Shown in pieces: positions 1-9,588 of a stretch of DNA of 64,000 nt. Each line of letters opens with the position of its first letter. Position 1 is the stretch's first letter. The notes under the pieces are model-generated. The model saw nothing but the letters and a program-made list of their open reading frames with translations, was not told the origin of the DNA and did no database searches. This stretch comes from a virus. A program made the position numbers and the translations under genes. The stretch is from the IMG/VR virus record IMGVR_UViG_3300031746_000003, positions 32,001-96,000 of that record. One strand, 5' to 3'.

Positions 1-3000
1 ACTGACTATCAGTCCATAGTCTCAGGTGACAAAGCCATCAGTAGGTCTGGAGCTATAGTAGCGCTGGGGGCCATAGGAGCAGACACTGGTGGTGCCGGTA
101 TTAAGAGGTTGCTGCAGCAGATAGACGTTAAGAAGGACTTGAAAAAAGCAGAAGCTGAGTTGGGGTCTATCAGCATACCTAAAGGAACTACGTCATCTGG
201 CATCACGCAGAAGGTCGACAAGCTTGTAAAGAAGGTGAAATACCTTCGTGCTCTTGACGCCTCTGGTGTTCACCCAGCAGACGCTTATGTGCTGCACAAC
301 CTGCCAATACTACCGCCAGCACTGCGTCCAGCATCAGTACTGCCTGACGGTACTATTAGTTGGGCGGATATGAATGGTCTTTACTCTCAGTTTGCTCAGG
401 TGAATGAGCAGCTAAAAGACCCGGTGATCAGCAAGAACCTTTCTGACACTGCTAAGAAGCAGCTACGTGCTGACCTGTACGATGGTATGCGGGCTATCGT
501 GGGGCAAGGGTCTGAGGAGAGTGACCAGAAGGGTGTGCTGTTACAGATACACGGGTCTCAGCCTAAGAAAGGGTTCTTCCAACAGACCCTACTTAGCCGC
601 AAGCAAGACTTGTCTATGCGCTCGGTTATCGTACCAGAGCCATCTCTCAGCATCGACCAGGTGGGTTTACCTAGGTCTAAAGCTACCACCCTGTTCAGGC
701 CATTCGTAGTTAGGAAGTTGGTTGAGATCGGTGCTGCTAGGTCGCCAATACAAGCGCAGGAGTTGATAGCTAAGAAGGACCCTAGTGTAGACCGAGCACT
801 AGACTTAGTGATGGAGGAACGTCCAGTTCTTATGAAGCGTGACCCCGCGCTACACAGGCACAGCGTCATGGCGTTCAATGCCAAAGCAGTGCCCGGTAGA
901 GCTATACAGATTCATCCACTAGTTACTACGGGGTACAACGCGGACTTTGACGGCGATACGATGAGCGTGTACGTCCCTATCTCTAACGAGGCGGTGGCCG
1001 AAGCTCGTAAGATGATGCCGTCTAACCATCTCTTCAATGAGGCCACTGGGCATGTCATGTTCGTACCAACGCTGGAGAGCGCACTAGGTATGTACAAGAT
1101 GAGCTTGGTGAACAAGAAGGTTGGTAACCAGTCTTTCGCTAAGACATCAGATGCACTGAAGGCCGTACAGTCAGGAACGCTGCACATCAATGACTTGGCG
1201 ACTATTGCCGGCACCAAGACTACTGCTGGCAGAGTTTTGCTAGCAGACTCCCTACCCAAGGAGATGCAGAAAAAGATCTTGGAAGACCACTCGCACATAC
1301 TAGACGAGAAGAATAGGTCAGCCCTCTTTACTCATCTAGCCAAGAACCACAGTGGTAACTACGGCGCAGTGGCAGACAAGCTTAAAGACCTAGGCACTGG
1401 TATGTCCATGGGGGTAATTACTCTCCCACACCCGGATGGCTCAGGTCCAGCTGTTATAAAGTCAGCTGAGAACTACAGCAAAGATAGGTTCCACATATCG
1501 GTAGGTGCGCACAGCTTGTCTTTGAAAGATATTGAGACTGACAGAGCTGTGAGAGACCCCATACTCAAGGCAGCACAAAAAGAGGTAGATGCTATCAACA
1601 GCAGCACGTCTATACCGACCGCCGACAAAGAGCGAAGAGCCATACTGGTATGGACTACAGCAGCAGACAAGCTGAAGAAAGACCATCTAGCCTCAGACTT
1701 CCAAAGCAATTTGCTAACTATGCAGCGGGCTGGTGTTAAGCCCGGCTGGACACAATATAAGCAGTTGGTGCTAGCTCCGCTATTAGTAGCAGATGCCTCT
1801 GGGAAGATCGTGCCGGTACCCATTCGAAGGTCTTACTCAGAAGGCGTTGATGTTGGTGAGTATTGGACCCAGATGCAGGGTGCCCGTGCTGGTAACCTCA
1901 AGAAGGTCCAAGAGGTTAGAGAGCCTGGGTTCTTTAGTAAGAAGCTAGTAAACTCTACTATGAGCCTAGTGATAAACGTCGATGACTGTGGCACCCACAA
2001 TGGTATAGCGTTACCAGCTACTAGTAATGATGTGCAAGATCGCACGTTAGTTAAAGACTTCTCAGCTAAAGGAATGACTATACCGGCTGGTACTCTTCTC
2101 AGCCCGGACATGATCAGTCAGATCAGAGCAGCTGACAAGGACGCCCATGTAGTGGTGCGTAGTCCCCTTAAGTGCGAGCAGGAGAAGGGTTTATGTCAGA
2201 AGTGCACAGGCCTATCAGCTACTGGGGTACCTTACCCAATTGGTACAAACATAGGACTGTTGTCTGCCCAGGCTCTTGGTGAGCGGTCTGTTCAGCTTAC
2301 TATGAAGGCGTTCCATACTGGTGGCGTCGTAGCCGGTGGCGCTAAGACACTGTCCGCTTTCGCGAAGGTAGACCAACTCACAAAGCTACCAGATGTCATA
2401 CCGGACTCGGCATCGTTAGCGATGCACTCTGGTAAAATAGATAAGATCGAGAAGGACCAGACAGGTGTTAAGGTTTGGATCGGCGGGCATGCCCACCATG
2501 TTGGTAAGGACCGTACCGGTATGCCGCTACACGAAATCCTAGCGCACTCACAAGAGATGGAAGGTTTTATCCCGTGGAAAGCGCCGAAGGTAGGAGAGCA
2601 TGTAGAGGCAGGGGAGTCGTTATCAGACCCTAACCGCACCACAGTTAATCCTCACCAGCTCTACAAGGCCACAGGGAGTATAGAACGAGTACAGAACTTC
2701 TTAACTAAGGAGTTGCATGGCTCGTACTCTTCTGAAGGTATCCGTAGGCAGCACGTAGAGTTGCTGGTCAAGTCTATGAGTAACTTGACCAAGGTACGTG
2801 ACCCAGGAGATTCCGAAGGGATCATCAAGGGAGAGTTTCACCCCACGTCTGTTATCAAGGCACTCAACGCGAAGCTTGTTAAAGAGGGGAAACAGCCAGT
2901 GGAGCACTCACCAGTACTGATGGGTGTTGACATGATGCCACTTAAGGTACAGGAAGATTGGATGGCCAAGATGTACCACAACCGTCTGAGAGAAACGGTT

Positions 3001-3153
3001 ATGGAGGCTGCCGCTACTGGAGCTCGCTCAGACATCCACGGTATTCACCCGATACCTGGGGCTGCCTACGGAGCGGAGTTTGGCTACACGGAAGCACAGA
3101 AGTTGGAACCTGGGCTACACCATCTGAAGGACGTACCGCGCTACGCGTACTGA
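1..3153 (+). CDS. rpoC: Phage multisubunit DNA-directed RNA polymerase, beta-prime-like subunit (5'-truncated by window edge)
   Basis: Catalytic NADFDGD at 937-957. Collinear RpoC motifs: KKGFFQQTLLSRKQDLSMRSVI, LMKRDPALHRHS, bridge helix QGARAG...PGFFSKKLV, DDCGT, Zn site CEQEKGLCQKC, trigger loop AQALGERSVQLTMKAFHTGG. The frame is open from position 1, so the true start is upstream. Confidence 0.95.
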   Translation, partial: TDYQSIVSGDKAISRSGAIVALGAIGADTGGAGIKRLLQQIDVKKDLKKAEAELGSISIPKGTTSSGITQKVDKLVKKVKYLRALDASGVHPADAYVLHNLPILPPALRPASVLPDGTISWADMNGLYSQFAQVNEQLKDPVISKNLSDTAKKQLRADLYDGMRAIVGQGSEESDQKGVLLQIHGSQPKKGFFQQTLLSRKQDLSMRSVIVPEPSLSIDQVGLPRSKATTLFRPFVVRKLVEIGAARSPIQAQELIAKKDPSVDRALDLVMEERPVLMKRDPALHRHSVMAFNAKAVPGRAIQIHPLVTTGYNADFDGDTMSVYVPISNEAVAEARKMMPSNHLFNEATGHVMFVPTLESALGMYKMSLVNKKVGNQSFAKTSDALKAVQSGTLHINDLATIAGTKTTAGRVLLADSLPKEMQKKILEDHSHILDEKNRSALFTHLAKNHSGNYGAVADKLKDLGTGMSMGVITLPHPDGSGPAVIKSAENYSKDRFHISVGAHSLSLKDIETDRAVRDPILKAAQKEVDAINSSTSIPTADKERRAILVWTTAADKLKKDHLASDFQSNLLTMQRAGVKPGWTQYKQLVLAPLLVADASGKIVPVPIRRSYSEGVDVGEYWTQMQGARAGNLKKVQEVREPGFFSKKLVNSTMSLVINVDDCGTHNGIALPATSNDVQDRTLVKDFSAKGMTIPAGTLLSPDMISQIRAADKDAHVVVRSPLKCEQEKGLCQKCTGLSATGVPYPIGTNIGLLSAQALGERSVQLTMKAFHTGGVVAGGAKTLSAFAKVDQLTKLPDVIPDSASLAMHSGKIDKIEKDQTGVKVWIGGHAHHVGKDRTGMPLHEILAHSQEMEGFIPWKAPKVGEHVEAGESLSDPNRTTVNPHQLYKATGSIERVQNFLTKELHGSYSSEGIRRQHVELLVKSMSNLTKVRDPGDSEGIIKGEFHPTSVIKALNAKLVKEGKQPVEHSPVLMGVDMMPLKVQEDWMAKMYHNRLRETVMEAAATGARSDIHGIHPIPGAAYGAEFGYTEAQKLEPGLHHLKDVPRYAY

Positions 3154-3154
3154 T

Positions 3155-4489
3155 ATGAGCAAAGACATAGCCGAGAAGTACGACCAGAAGGATGGTCTCA
3201 GTCGCCAAGGTGGTCGTACATTCCCGTTCTACCCAGCTGGTGGTGTTGGTGCCTTCGTGCATGAAGGAAAGATCATCAACATAAACATGACGAACTGGAC
3301 TGTGGATTTCGTCACACAGTTTGACTACAAGTTCTACTTAGGTGTGCAGGTAAGCTCACCATACCTACACTCTAATACTGGTGAGGGCTTCAGTGCATTT
3401 CCAGAGGTTGGGGCTAAGTGTCTACTCTGCATTCCCAGTGATGGCCCACCACCATTCATCCTGGCGTACATCATGCCGATGGAGACCATAGGTGATACAT
3501 CTTCCGAAGAGTCACCAGCTGGTACGGCCTCGAATGGTGGTGACATACCGAGCACTACCGCAGCTACGTTCTCTGGTGGTCGCAGTAAAGCGAAGCCAGG
3601 TGACATAACTGTGCGAGGCCGGGATGGTAACTTCGTAACGCTACACCGTGGTGGTGTCCTACAGATAGGCGCTACAGAGTTGGCGCAGCGAATATACATT
3701 CCTCTCGACAACCTGATTACAGACATCTCCGAGAACTACCACCACCATAATACAGCTGGGTCAATCAATTGGGGTATACAGCAGGGGGCTGCTACTTCTG
3801 ACCATGCCACGTACCACAAGCAGACCTACCGGTTGTTCGCAGAGGACCAGAAGGCCACCATACGCGTGCTGTCTAGCGGTAACAACGATGACTATCTAGG
3901 GGAGCCTACGGGAGACGCAGGCCAGACGTCTAATCTGAACCAGCTCAACATCGGCATCCCAAAGGTTAGCCCTATCGTTTACGAAGTGGTTGTCTCACCA
4001 GAGCACTTTGATGCTGAGAGTGGTGACCCAGATGATAAGGCCAAGGAGTCTAGTGTCCTTAGGTTCTTCTTCGACAAGCAGGGTGGAGCATTTCTACGTA
4101 GTGAGTCTAGCGTACTGCTCGCTATAGAGAAGAAGCTGAAGGTGACTGTGAAGGGGGACATTCTGCTAGAGACTAAAGGGAGTTTCTCTCTTACAGCCGC
4201 TGGTAGGATGTCTATCAATGGGTCTACTGGGGTAGCTATAGATTCAAACGGCAAGGTAGTGTTTAAGGGTGGTAAACAGCCCATCGGTAGGGTGGGTGAC
4301 ACTGTTATAGTTCCAATACCTGCTGCTACCTTAATGGTTACTAACCTAGGTCCTATCATGGGTAACCTAAACCCTGACTTGGCGACAATTACAATACTTC
4401 CAGGCGCACTACAGCTGGGGATGACTCAAGTAGTCCCAGTAAACATCAATGCGATTATCTCTACAGGTAATCCGGATATACTGGCCTAA
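3155..4489 (+). CDS. Putative baseplate central spike (gpV/gp5-like)
   Basis: OB-fold-like FPEVGAKCLL motif. C-terminal alternating beta-strand repeats (TVKGDILLETKGSFSLTAAGRMSING) and PIGRVGD. Confidence 0.65.
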   Translation: MSKDIAEKYDQKDGLSRQGGRTFPFYPAGGVGAFVHEGKIININMTNWTVDFVTQFDYKFYLGVQVSSPYLHSNTGEGFSAFPEVGAKCLLCIPSDGPPPFILAYIMPMETIGDTSSEESPAGTASNGGDIPSTTAATFSGGRSKAKPGDITVRGRDGNFVTLHRGGVLQIGATELAQRIYIPLDNLITDISENYHHHNTAGSINWGIQQGAATSDHATYHKQTYRLFAEDQKATIRVLSSGNNDDYLGEPTGDAGQTSNLNQLNIGIPKVSPIVYEVVVSPEHFDAESGDPDDKAKESSVLRFFFDKQGGAFLRSESSVLLAIEKKLKVTVKGDILLETKGSFSLTAAGRMSINGSTGVAIDSNGKVVFKGGKQPIGRVGDTVIVPIPAATLMVTNLGPIMGNLNPDLATITILPGALQLGMTQVVPVNINAIISTGNPDILA

Positions 4490-4491
4490 CG

Positions 4492-5109
4492 ATGGCTACC
4501 GTAACTCCTGTTGTTGGCGGTACCCTGGGTAACATAAATGTTGGCCTAGCCGCTGCAGTTGCGTTCCTTAATCCGTTGGGTGCGCAGATAGACGCGCTTA
4601 TCTCGCTAGGGCTAGGCCCCTTTCAGCTGAACCTCAATGCCCAGCTAAACGCCATGATAGCGTTACAGGTAAACCTACCGCTACCAGCTGTGGCTATCCA
4701 AGGGGCCATTGATGCTGCTGCTAGTTTAGTGGCCTCATTAACTGTCTCACTAGAATTACCCTTCCCCAGCATCGCTCTTTCAGCTGATATAAGCGGTGAC
4801 ATCTCACTTCAAATAGGTGGGCTAGACCTACTGATAGAGGCCGCACTAGCCATAAAGATACCCGCCATTAATGCTGCTGCAGCTCTGTCTGCTGCGTTGT
4901 CTGCGGGGCCAGCAATACTACTTACGTTCGACGGCATCAGTACTGCTACACCTATGTCTGCAGTAGGTGGGTTAATAGCCAGTACATTTGCTGGTCCTAT
5001 AACGGCAGATGCAGTTACTATCCAGCCCTTCCAGCCGGTGTCTGGTATCATCATCGTTACTACAGGGGCTTCTGTTTACACTAGTTTATCAGCGATAATG
5101 GCGTTCTAG
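4492..5109 (+). CDS. Hypothetical Ala/Leu/Ile-rich structural protein
   Basis: 205-aa ORF coupled to the spike gene; very hydrophobic. Confidence 0.6.
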   Translation: MATVTPVVGGTLGNINVGLAAAVAFLNPLGAQIDALISLGLGPFQLNLNAQLNAMIALQVNLPLPAVAIQGAIDAAASLVASLTVSLELPFPSIALSADISGDISLQIGGLDLLIEAALAIKIPAINAAAALSAALSAGPAILLTFDGISTATPMSAVGGLIASTFAGPITADAVTIQPFQPVSGIIIVTTGASVYTSLSAIMAF

Positions 5110-5117
5110 GAGAATCA

Positions 5118-7175
5118 ATGGACCTCTTCCTCAGTTCTGAGCAGGTTTTCGAGAAGGTTGCTGGCGAGACTACTCTTCCAGACGACCCGAATGTTTGGCC
5201 ACGGGAAATCCTGCAGGAGCTGTACAAGCAGGTCCCGTACGTAGCTGACTTCCACCCGCATGTGTCTATGGACAAGGTGGACGCGGAGAAGGGCTACGGC
5301 ATGGGGCACATTGAGGTGGCCAACCAGACTGAGATTCAGTCGGGTGCTGACCCCGTGCAGGTAGCTGCAGCTGGTGTGCGCACTGTGCGCATTCCCATCA
5401 TCGTGAAGAACAAGAAGATGAGCCCGCTGGACATCTTGATCACGGACTCCTCCAAGGTAGTTCCGTTGACAGAGTCTAGGCTACGCCAGGCCATCTTCCG
5501 TCCCCAGGCTTTTGATATCACCAGCAAGACACCGGGTGATCAGAGCATGATTGGACAGCTCTACCCGCCTTTCCGACAGAACATGGGTATGGGCGGTGGT
5601 GGCGGTGGTCTTTCTATGAACGCTGGTATGGGCAAAGAAGGCGCCGAGAAGTGCGCTGAGTGCGGTAAGACGGACTGCTCTTGCCCAGCCATGAAGAAGA
5701 AGGCCTCGGTACTCAACGCCATTCTTCCAACCATCAACACCACAGACTACCTTGCGTTTGTTGACGCGCTCAATGACCCATACACGCGTACAGCCTTTGT
5801 AAAGAACGCAGCTTCGACACAAGCAGCGTTGACTACGTTACTTAACCACGACCCAACTAGTGTTAAGCACGCTAGTGTAGGTAGCTTGGTGCACCCAACA
5901 GTCACTCAGATATCGAGAGATGTAGACGGGTACAAGGTCAAGTCAGCTAGCCACCACTACTGGGCTCCTACAGAGGAGATTGTAGATCGCGGAGAAGTCG
6001 TACGTCGTTATGGTACGAAGGTAGCTCTTGCTGCAGATATGTCTGGTGCTGCCACTCTTACCGAGGGTGCCACGGCTATGTCTGAAGAAGCACCTTCTGA
6101 GGAGCCCCGTCCGATAGAGGCTTCTGGTATGTACAAGGTGCGTGACGAGCAGGGTCGCGAGTTGCTTGGTGCTGTCATTACAAACCTGATTGATACTGAT
6201 GGTACTGAGCTCCCACTAGCGCTATTTACTAATGGTTCTCAGTCAGCTGTGCAGGCTGACATCGTGGGTATACCAGCTGGTGGCACACCAGATCTACCTA
6301 GTGACCTACAGGTACACGGTGATGGTGCGTTCTACTCGGTAGAGGACGGGGTACTTAAGGCTACTATCCCGATGACCTTCGGAAGTGGCTACACCTCTAG
6401 CCCTGATGAGCCAGACGTGCATGTAGGTTCCACCTTTGATGGGCGTGAGGTTGAGGTATCTCAGCAGCCGAACATTCAGATGGTTATGGGCACTGAGGAG
6501 GGCAAGATGCTAGTTCCAGCTCACTGGAAGTGGCTGCCATTGACGTCCTCAGAGTCAGTAAAGCTAACCACTACGGAAGGTGACGAAGAGAAGAGTGCAG
6601 CTGCCCGTGTTACCTACGCCTCTGTGGAGGTTCGTTGTGGTGGGCAGGACAGCTTCTCGGTCTCTGGGCCAGCTGTTGAGAAGCTAGCATCAGAAGACAG
6701 GTCATTCCTCAGCTTGGACGACACCATGTTCCTACTCTCTGGGCTTGGTGTAGACCAGGCTTACGGGGTGAAGAAGCTAGCGCAGTCGATGGGTGCTGGT
6801 GCACCAGTGATGGTGCGTATTGGGCGCAGCATCAAGATGGCTAGCGACCGAGATGAGGATGCTCTGGCGGCAGCTGCTGAGAAGCTGGCGTCTATACCTA
6901 GCCTGAAGTGTTACCTCTTCAAGGAGGCAGCCAGCATCCCAGACCCCACTGCGGTAGACACTATTCTTTCTCTGGGTTTCATTAACCCGGAGAACATGAT
7001 GACCTTCATGGGGTACCTCCCGGTCATAGACGACGCTCAGTCCAAGATCTGTGAGCTCCTGCTGGCTTCTCGTCTAGGACTACAGGACGTGCCTACCTCC
7101 GCTCTGGAGAAGGCTGTCCGGTCCACGGAAGAGATACTAGAGGGCCTTAAGATCTTGGCCTTCCAGGGTAACTAG
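5118..7175 (+). CDS. Putative head/internal virion protein with many K-x-A sites
   Basis: 685 aa, GGAGA SD. Contains EKVA, KKAS, KHAS, EKSA, EKLAS x2, KMAS, KEAAS and a small CxxC-CxC cluster. Confidence 0.6.
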   Translation: MDLFLSSEQVFEKVAGETTLPDDPNVWPREILQELYKQVPYVADFHPHVSMDKVDAEKGYGMGHIEVANQTEIQSGADPVQVAAAGVRTVRIPIIVKNKKMSPLDILITDSSKVVPLTESRLRQAIFRPQAFDITSKTPGDQSMIGQLYPPFRQNMGMGGGGGGLSMNAGMGKEGAEKCAECGKTDCSCPAMKKKASVLNAILPTINTTDYLAFVDALNDPYTRTAFVKNAASTQAALTTLLNHDPTSVKHASVGSLVHPTVTQISRDVDGYKVKSASHHYWAPTEEIVDRGEVVRRYGTKVALAADMSGAATLTEGATAMSEEAPSEEPRPIEASGMYKVRDEQGRELLGAVITNLIDTDGTELPLALFTNGSQSAVQADIVGIPAGGTPDLPSDLQVHGDGAFYSVEDGVLKATIPMTFGSGYTSSPDEPDVHVGSTFDGREVEVSQQPNIQMVMGTEEGKMLVPAHWKWLPLTSSESVKLTTTEGDEEKSAAARVTYASVEVRCGGQDSFSVSGPAVEKLASEDRSFLSLDDTMFLLSGLGVDQAYGVKKLAQSMGAGAPVMVRIGRSIKMASDRDEDALAAAAEKLASIPSLKCYLFKEAASIPDPTAVDTILSLGFINPENMMTFMGYLPVIDDAQSKICELLLASRLGLQDVPTSALEKAVRSTEEILEGLKILAFQGN

Positions 7176-7209
7176 TAGCTAAGAGAGTTTGCAGTCCTCT
7201 CCCCACGTA

Positions 7210-7380
7210 CTACCAGGAGTTGGTAGTACGCCAGCCACGTGGCTTGCCCCGAGGTGCAGGAGGCTCAGGCCTTTCGACCTGGCACCTCACGTCCACTCGG
7301 ACTGCCACGGGGGGCGGGGGGTAGTCATCCGAGAAAGGTTCTCGGGCGACTATCTCCAAGGAGGTGTGTACCGAGTTCAT
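7210..7380 (-). CDS. Small hypothetical protein (MNSVHTSL...)
   Basis: ATG at 7380 with GAGGAG SD, ATGA-overlap with the stop of the upstream minus gene; GC-rich codons. Confidence 0.5.
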   Translation of the reverse strand: MNSVHTSLEIVAREPFSDDYPPPPVAVRVDVRCQVERPEPPAPRGKPRGWRTTNSW

Positions 7381-7820
7381 CGGCACATCTCCTCGGATAC
7401 CCTGAGGTCCTCTTCCGAGAGCAGCCAGCACCCTAGGGCTGCCAGGTCCTCCTGGCGGTCCATCAAGGCAACGTGGTCGTCCTTTCCACCCACGCCCCCG
7501 CCCTCACCCCACAAGGCTTGCCCACCGTAGGGCGCCCCCTCGATGAGCTCGGAGATATCCTTCAGGACTGCATCCGGCAGTCCATGAAGAAGCTCCAAGG
7601 CCTTATCAAAGGCCTCGTCATCGTCGGGGTGGTAGCTACACCCATCCGGACAACCCACAAGGTGATCGGCAGCGAGCTCCACCGCCTGGAGGCGGTGTCC
7701 TTCCGGCTCACCGTAGCCACTAGACGCGAGGAACTCCAACATCGGCCTTGACCTCCAGTAGGCGCAGGACCTGAGCATCGTGACGACAGCCAGGGTCATG
7801 ATAACCCTGACTTTCGTCAT
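7377..7820 (-). CDS. Hypothetical protein (start 7820 or 7742)
   Basis: AAAGGAG SD before ATG 7820, GGAGG before ATG 7742; strong GC3 bias. Confidence 0.6.
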   Translation of the reverse strand: MTKVRVIMTLAVVTMLRSCAYWRSRPMLEFLASSGYGEPEGHRLQAVELAADHLVGCPDGCSYHPDDDEAFDKALELLHGLPDAVLKDISELIEGAPYGGQALWGEGGGVGGKDDHVALMDRQEDLAALGCWLLSEEDLRVSEEMCR

Positions 7821-7918
7821 TATGCTGTGGCTCCTTTCCAGTGCTTCGCACTTGGTTATCGTTACGTTGAGGGGCACAAATCCCTCGCCTTGTGCATTGA
7901 TGTTCGGCATCAATACTA

Positions 7919-7925
7919 TTATCCC
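7919..7925 (-). promoter_or_regulatory. GGGATAA putative phage promoter motif
   Basis: Intergenic TTATCCC upstream of the minus-strand cluster; recurs at equivalent positions elsewhere. Confidence 0.5.
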
Positions 7926-7971
7926 TAAAAAGACTTGAAAATTGCCAGGGTAAGTACCATTCTCCTAGGCC

Positions 7972-8919
7972 ATGGTCAGGAGAAGTACTGCTGAGTATTA
8001 TCTTAAGTTCCTGGTGGTGCACCCAGATGGGTATCCCAATGGGCAGATAAAAGAGATCTGTAAAGACCTCCAGCTGGACTTTATCGGGGAACCTTACCTT
8101 GAGAGATTAAGGGCTTCGTGTATCCCACCTATCCCTTTTTACCCTTCCGATAAGAACCACCGTAAGTCCCAGAGGTTCCTGCAGAAGGAACAACTGCAGA
8201 CTATCTTCCTGCAAGATGAGCATATGCAGGCAGCTAACAAACTGTTAGCTACCCCCAAGGTCAAAGAGATTGTAGAGACCCTGCTGATAACTGGGTCAAG
8301 TAACTCTTGGATCAGTGCGATCATTAGGAAGAAGGGCTTTCGTACTAGCCCTGCGGCTATCCAGGCGTTCAAGCATTATTACTACAACGTGGATTTGGTG
8401 GATTCTCTTGAGCTTAAAGCACTGACTCACCACAGGGCAGAAGGCTCTTCCACATCAGACCCAGATGAGCAGGCCCTCACCATATCGCTGATGAAGGCGA
8501 ACTACACCGACCCGCGCAGGTCTGCAGCCTACTCACCTATCAGTCCTTTGGCAGGCATCAAGACCATGATGCGCATGGGAATTCTACCGTCTAACACAGA
8601 GCTGGCGAGACTAGCCTCTGCTGCACGTGTGGCTGCCACTATAGGCGTTCTAGAGTCGTCACTTAACGGAGACGCTGAGAAGGGCAGAGATTTCTCTATC
8701 ATCGCAGCCAACATGACTACTATGCTTGAGGCTGTAGAGACCCCCGACAAGGACCTCAAGGAAGGCCTTGCGTCCATGACACTACGTACAGACAGCCGGG
8801 CTATTCCGCACATAGACCAACTTGGTCTAGGTGGTCACACAGTAGAGATGGCTCCAGACGAACAGCGTGAACCAGACTTCTCACCCATGCCTGACGATAT
8901 AGAAGGAGAGGACGAATGA
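7972..8919 (+). CDS. Hypothetical protein, candidate terminase small subunit
   Basis: 315 aa, helical, two genes upstream of terL; the functional call rests on position only. Confidence 0.4.
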   Translation: MVRRSTAEYYLKFLVVHPDGYPNGQIKEICKDLQLDFIGEPYLERLRASCIPPIPFYPSDKNHRKSQRFLQKEQLQTIFLQDEHMQAANKLLATPKVKEIVETLLITGSSNSWISAIIRKKGFRTSPAAIQAFKHYYYNVDLVDSLELKALTHHRAEGSSTSDPDEQALTISLMKANYTDPRRSAAYSPISPLAGIKTMMRMGILPSNTELARLASAARVAATIGVLESSLNGDAEKGRDFSIIAANMTTMLEAVETPDKDLKEGLASMTLRTDSRAIPHIDQLGLGGHTVEMAPDEQREPDFSPMPDDIEGEDE

Positions 8920-9341
8920 CCGCCAACGAAAACACAGTGTATCTAGGTGAGGTCCCTGCGCAGGACGCAAAAGATCACTTGGATGCCGAGCTATCCTCTG
9001 TCTTTGTGGGTGTGGAAGATGCAGTCCCGAGGTTCACTCAGGTAGACAACTACACTACGTTTAGGGCTGAGTACACTTTCCTGGGGGAGGATATAGTTGT
9101 TCATTTCTTTGCGACGCCAGAGAACAACAGCGTGGACTACTGGTTAAAAACGTTCCCAGCTCTTCTGGACGTTTGCGCACGAGAGTACTTTCAGGCAGAT
9201 CACCCACGGCTAGTAGCCAAGTACACTGAGGAGGTTAAGTCCTGGTGGTTCAAGGCACATGGGTACGCGCACACTCTTGCCCCAGACAAACTTATGCTTG
9301 GGTTCTTCGAGGCACTTGACCGTGACCTGGAAGGCAAGTGA
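8916..9341 (+). CDS. Hypothetical protein
   Basis: 141 aa, ATGA-coupled to the upstream gene, GGAGAGGA SD. Confidence 0.7.
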   Translation: MTANENTVYLGEVPAQDAKDHLDAELSSVFVGVEDAVPRFTQVDNYTTFRAEYTFLGEDIVVHFFATPENNSVDYWLKTFPALLDVCAREYFQADHPRLVAKYTEEVKSWWFKAHGYAHTLAPDKLMLGFFEALDRDLEGK

Positions 9342-9588
9342 ACACCAGGCGTAACGGTTTCTTCTCTAGGCGTACTCCGCCCACAGTCCAGCCGTTATCC
9401 TTTGCACGTTCTCTGATGTACGCGTGGATGGGCTTCTTAGCCTTAGCCGGGAACTCATAGTTCATATACAAGTTCACCTCCACGCAATCGTCATGCATGG
9501 TAACTTCCCCGTGTGTGAAGTGATCTCCAGCCCTCTGCAACGACCACAGTAACTCTTTCCCCCACTCTTCCAGCTGATTGAACGACAT
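9292..9588 (-). CDS. Hypothetical protein (MSFNQLEEWG...)
   Basis: Fills the 9341-9587 gap with a protein-like sequence; its ATG shares CATG 9586-9589 with terL. Confidence 0.5.
   Translation of the reverse strand: MSFNQLEEWGKELLWSLQRAGDHFTHGEVTMHDDCVEVNLYMNYEFPAKAKKPIHAYIRERAKDNGWTVGGVRLEKKPLRLVFTCLPGHGQVPRRTQA

Noticed and set aside
109-3153. TTG at 109 as the RNAP start, or this being a host chromosomal rpoC
   Set aside because: The frame is open from base 1 and N-terminal RpoC regions are missing. The neighbours are phage structural genes and the sequence is too divergent for a cellular rpoC.
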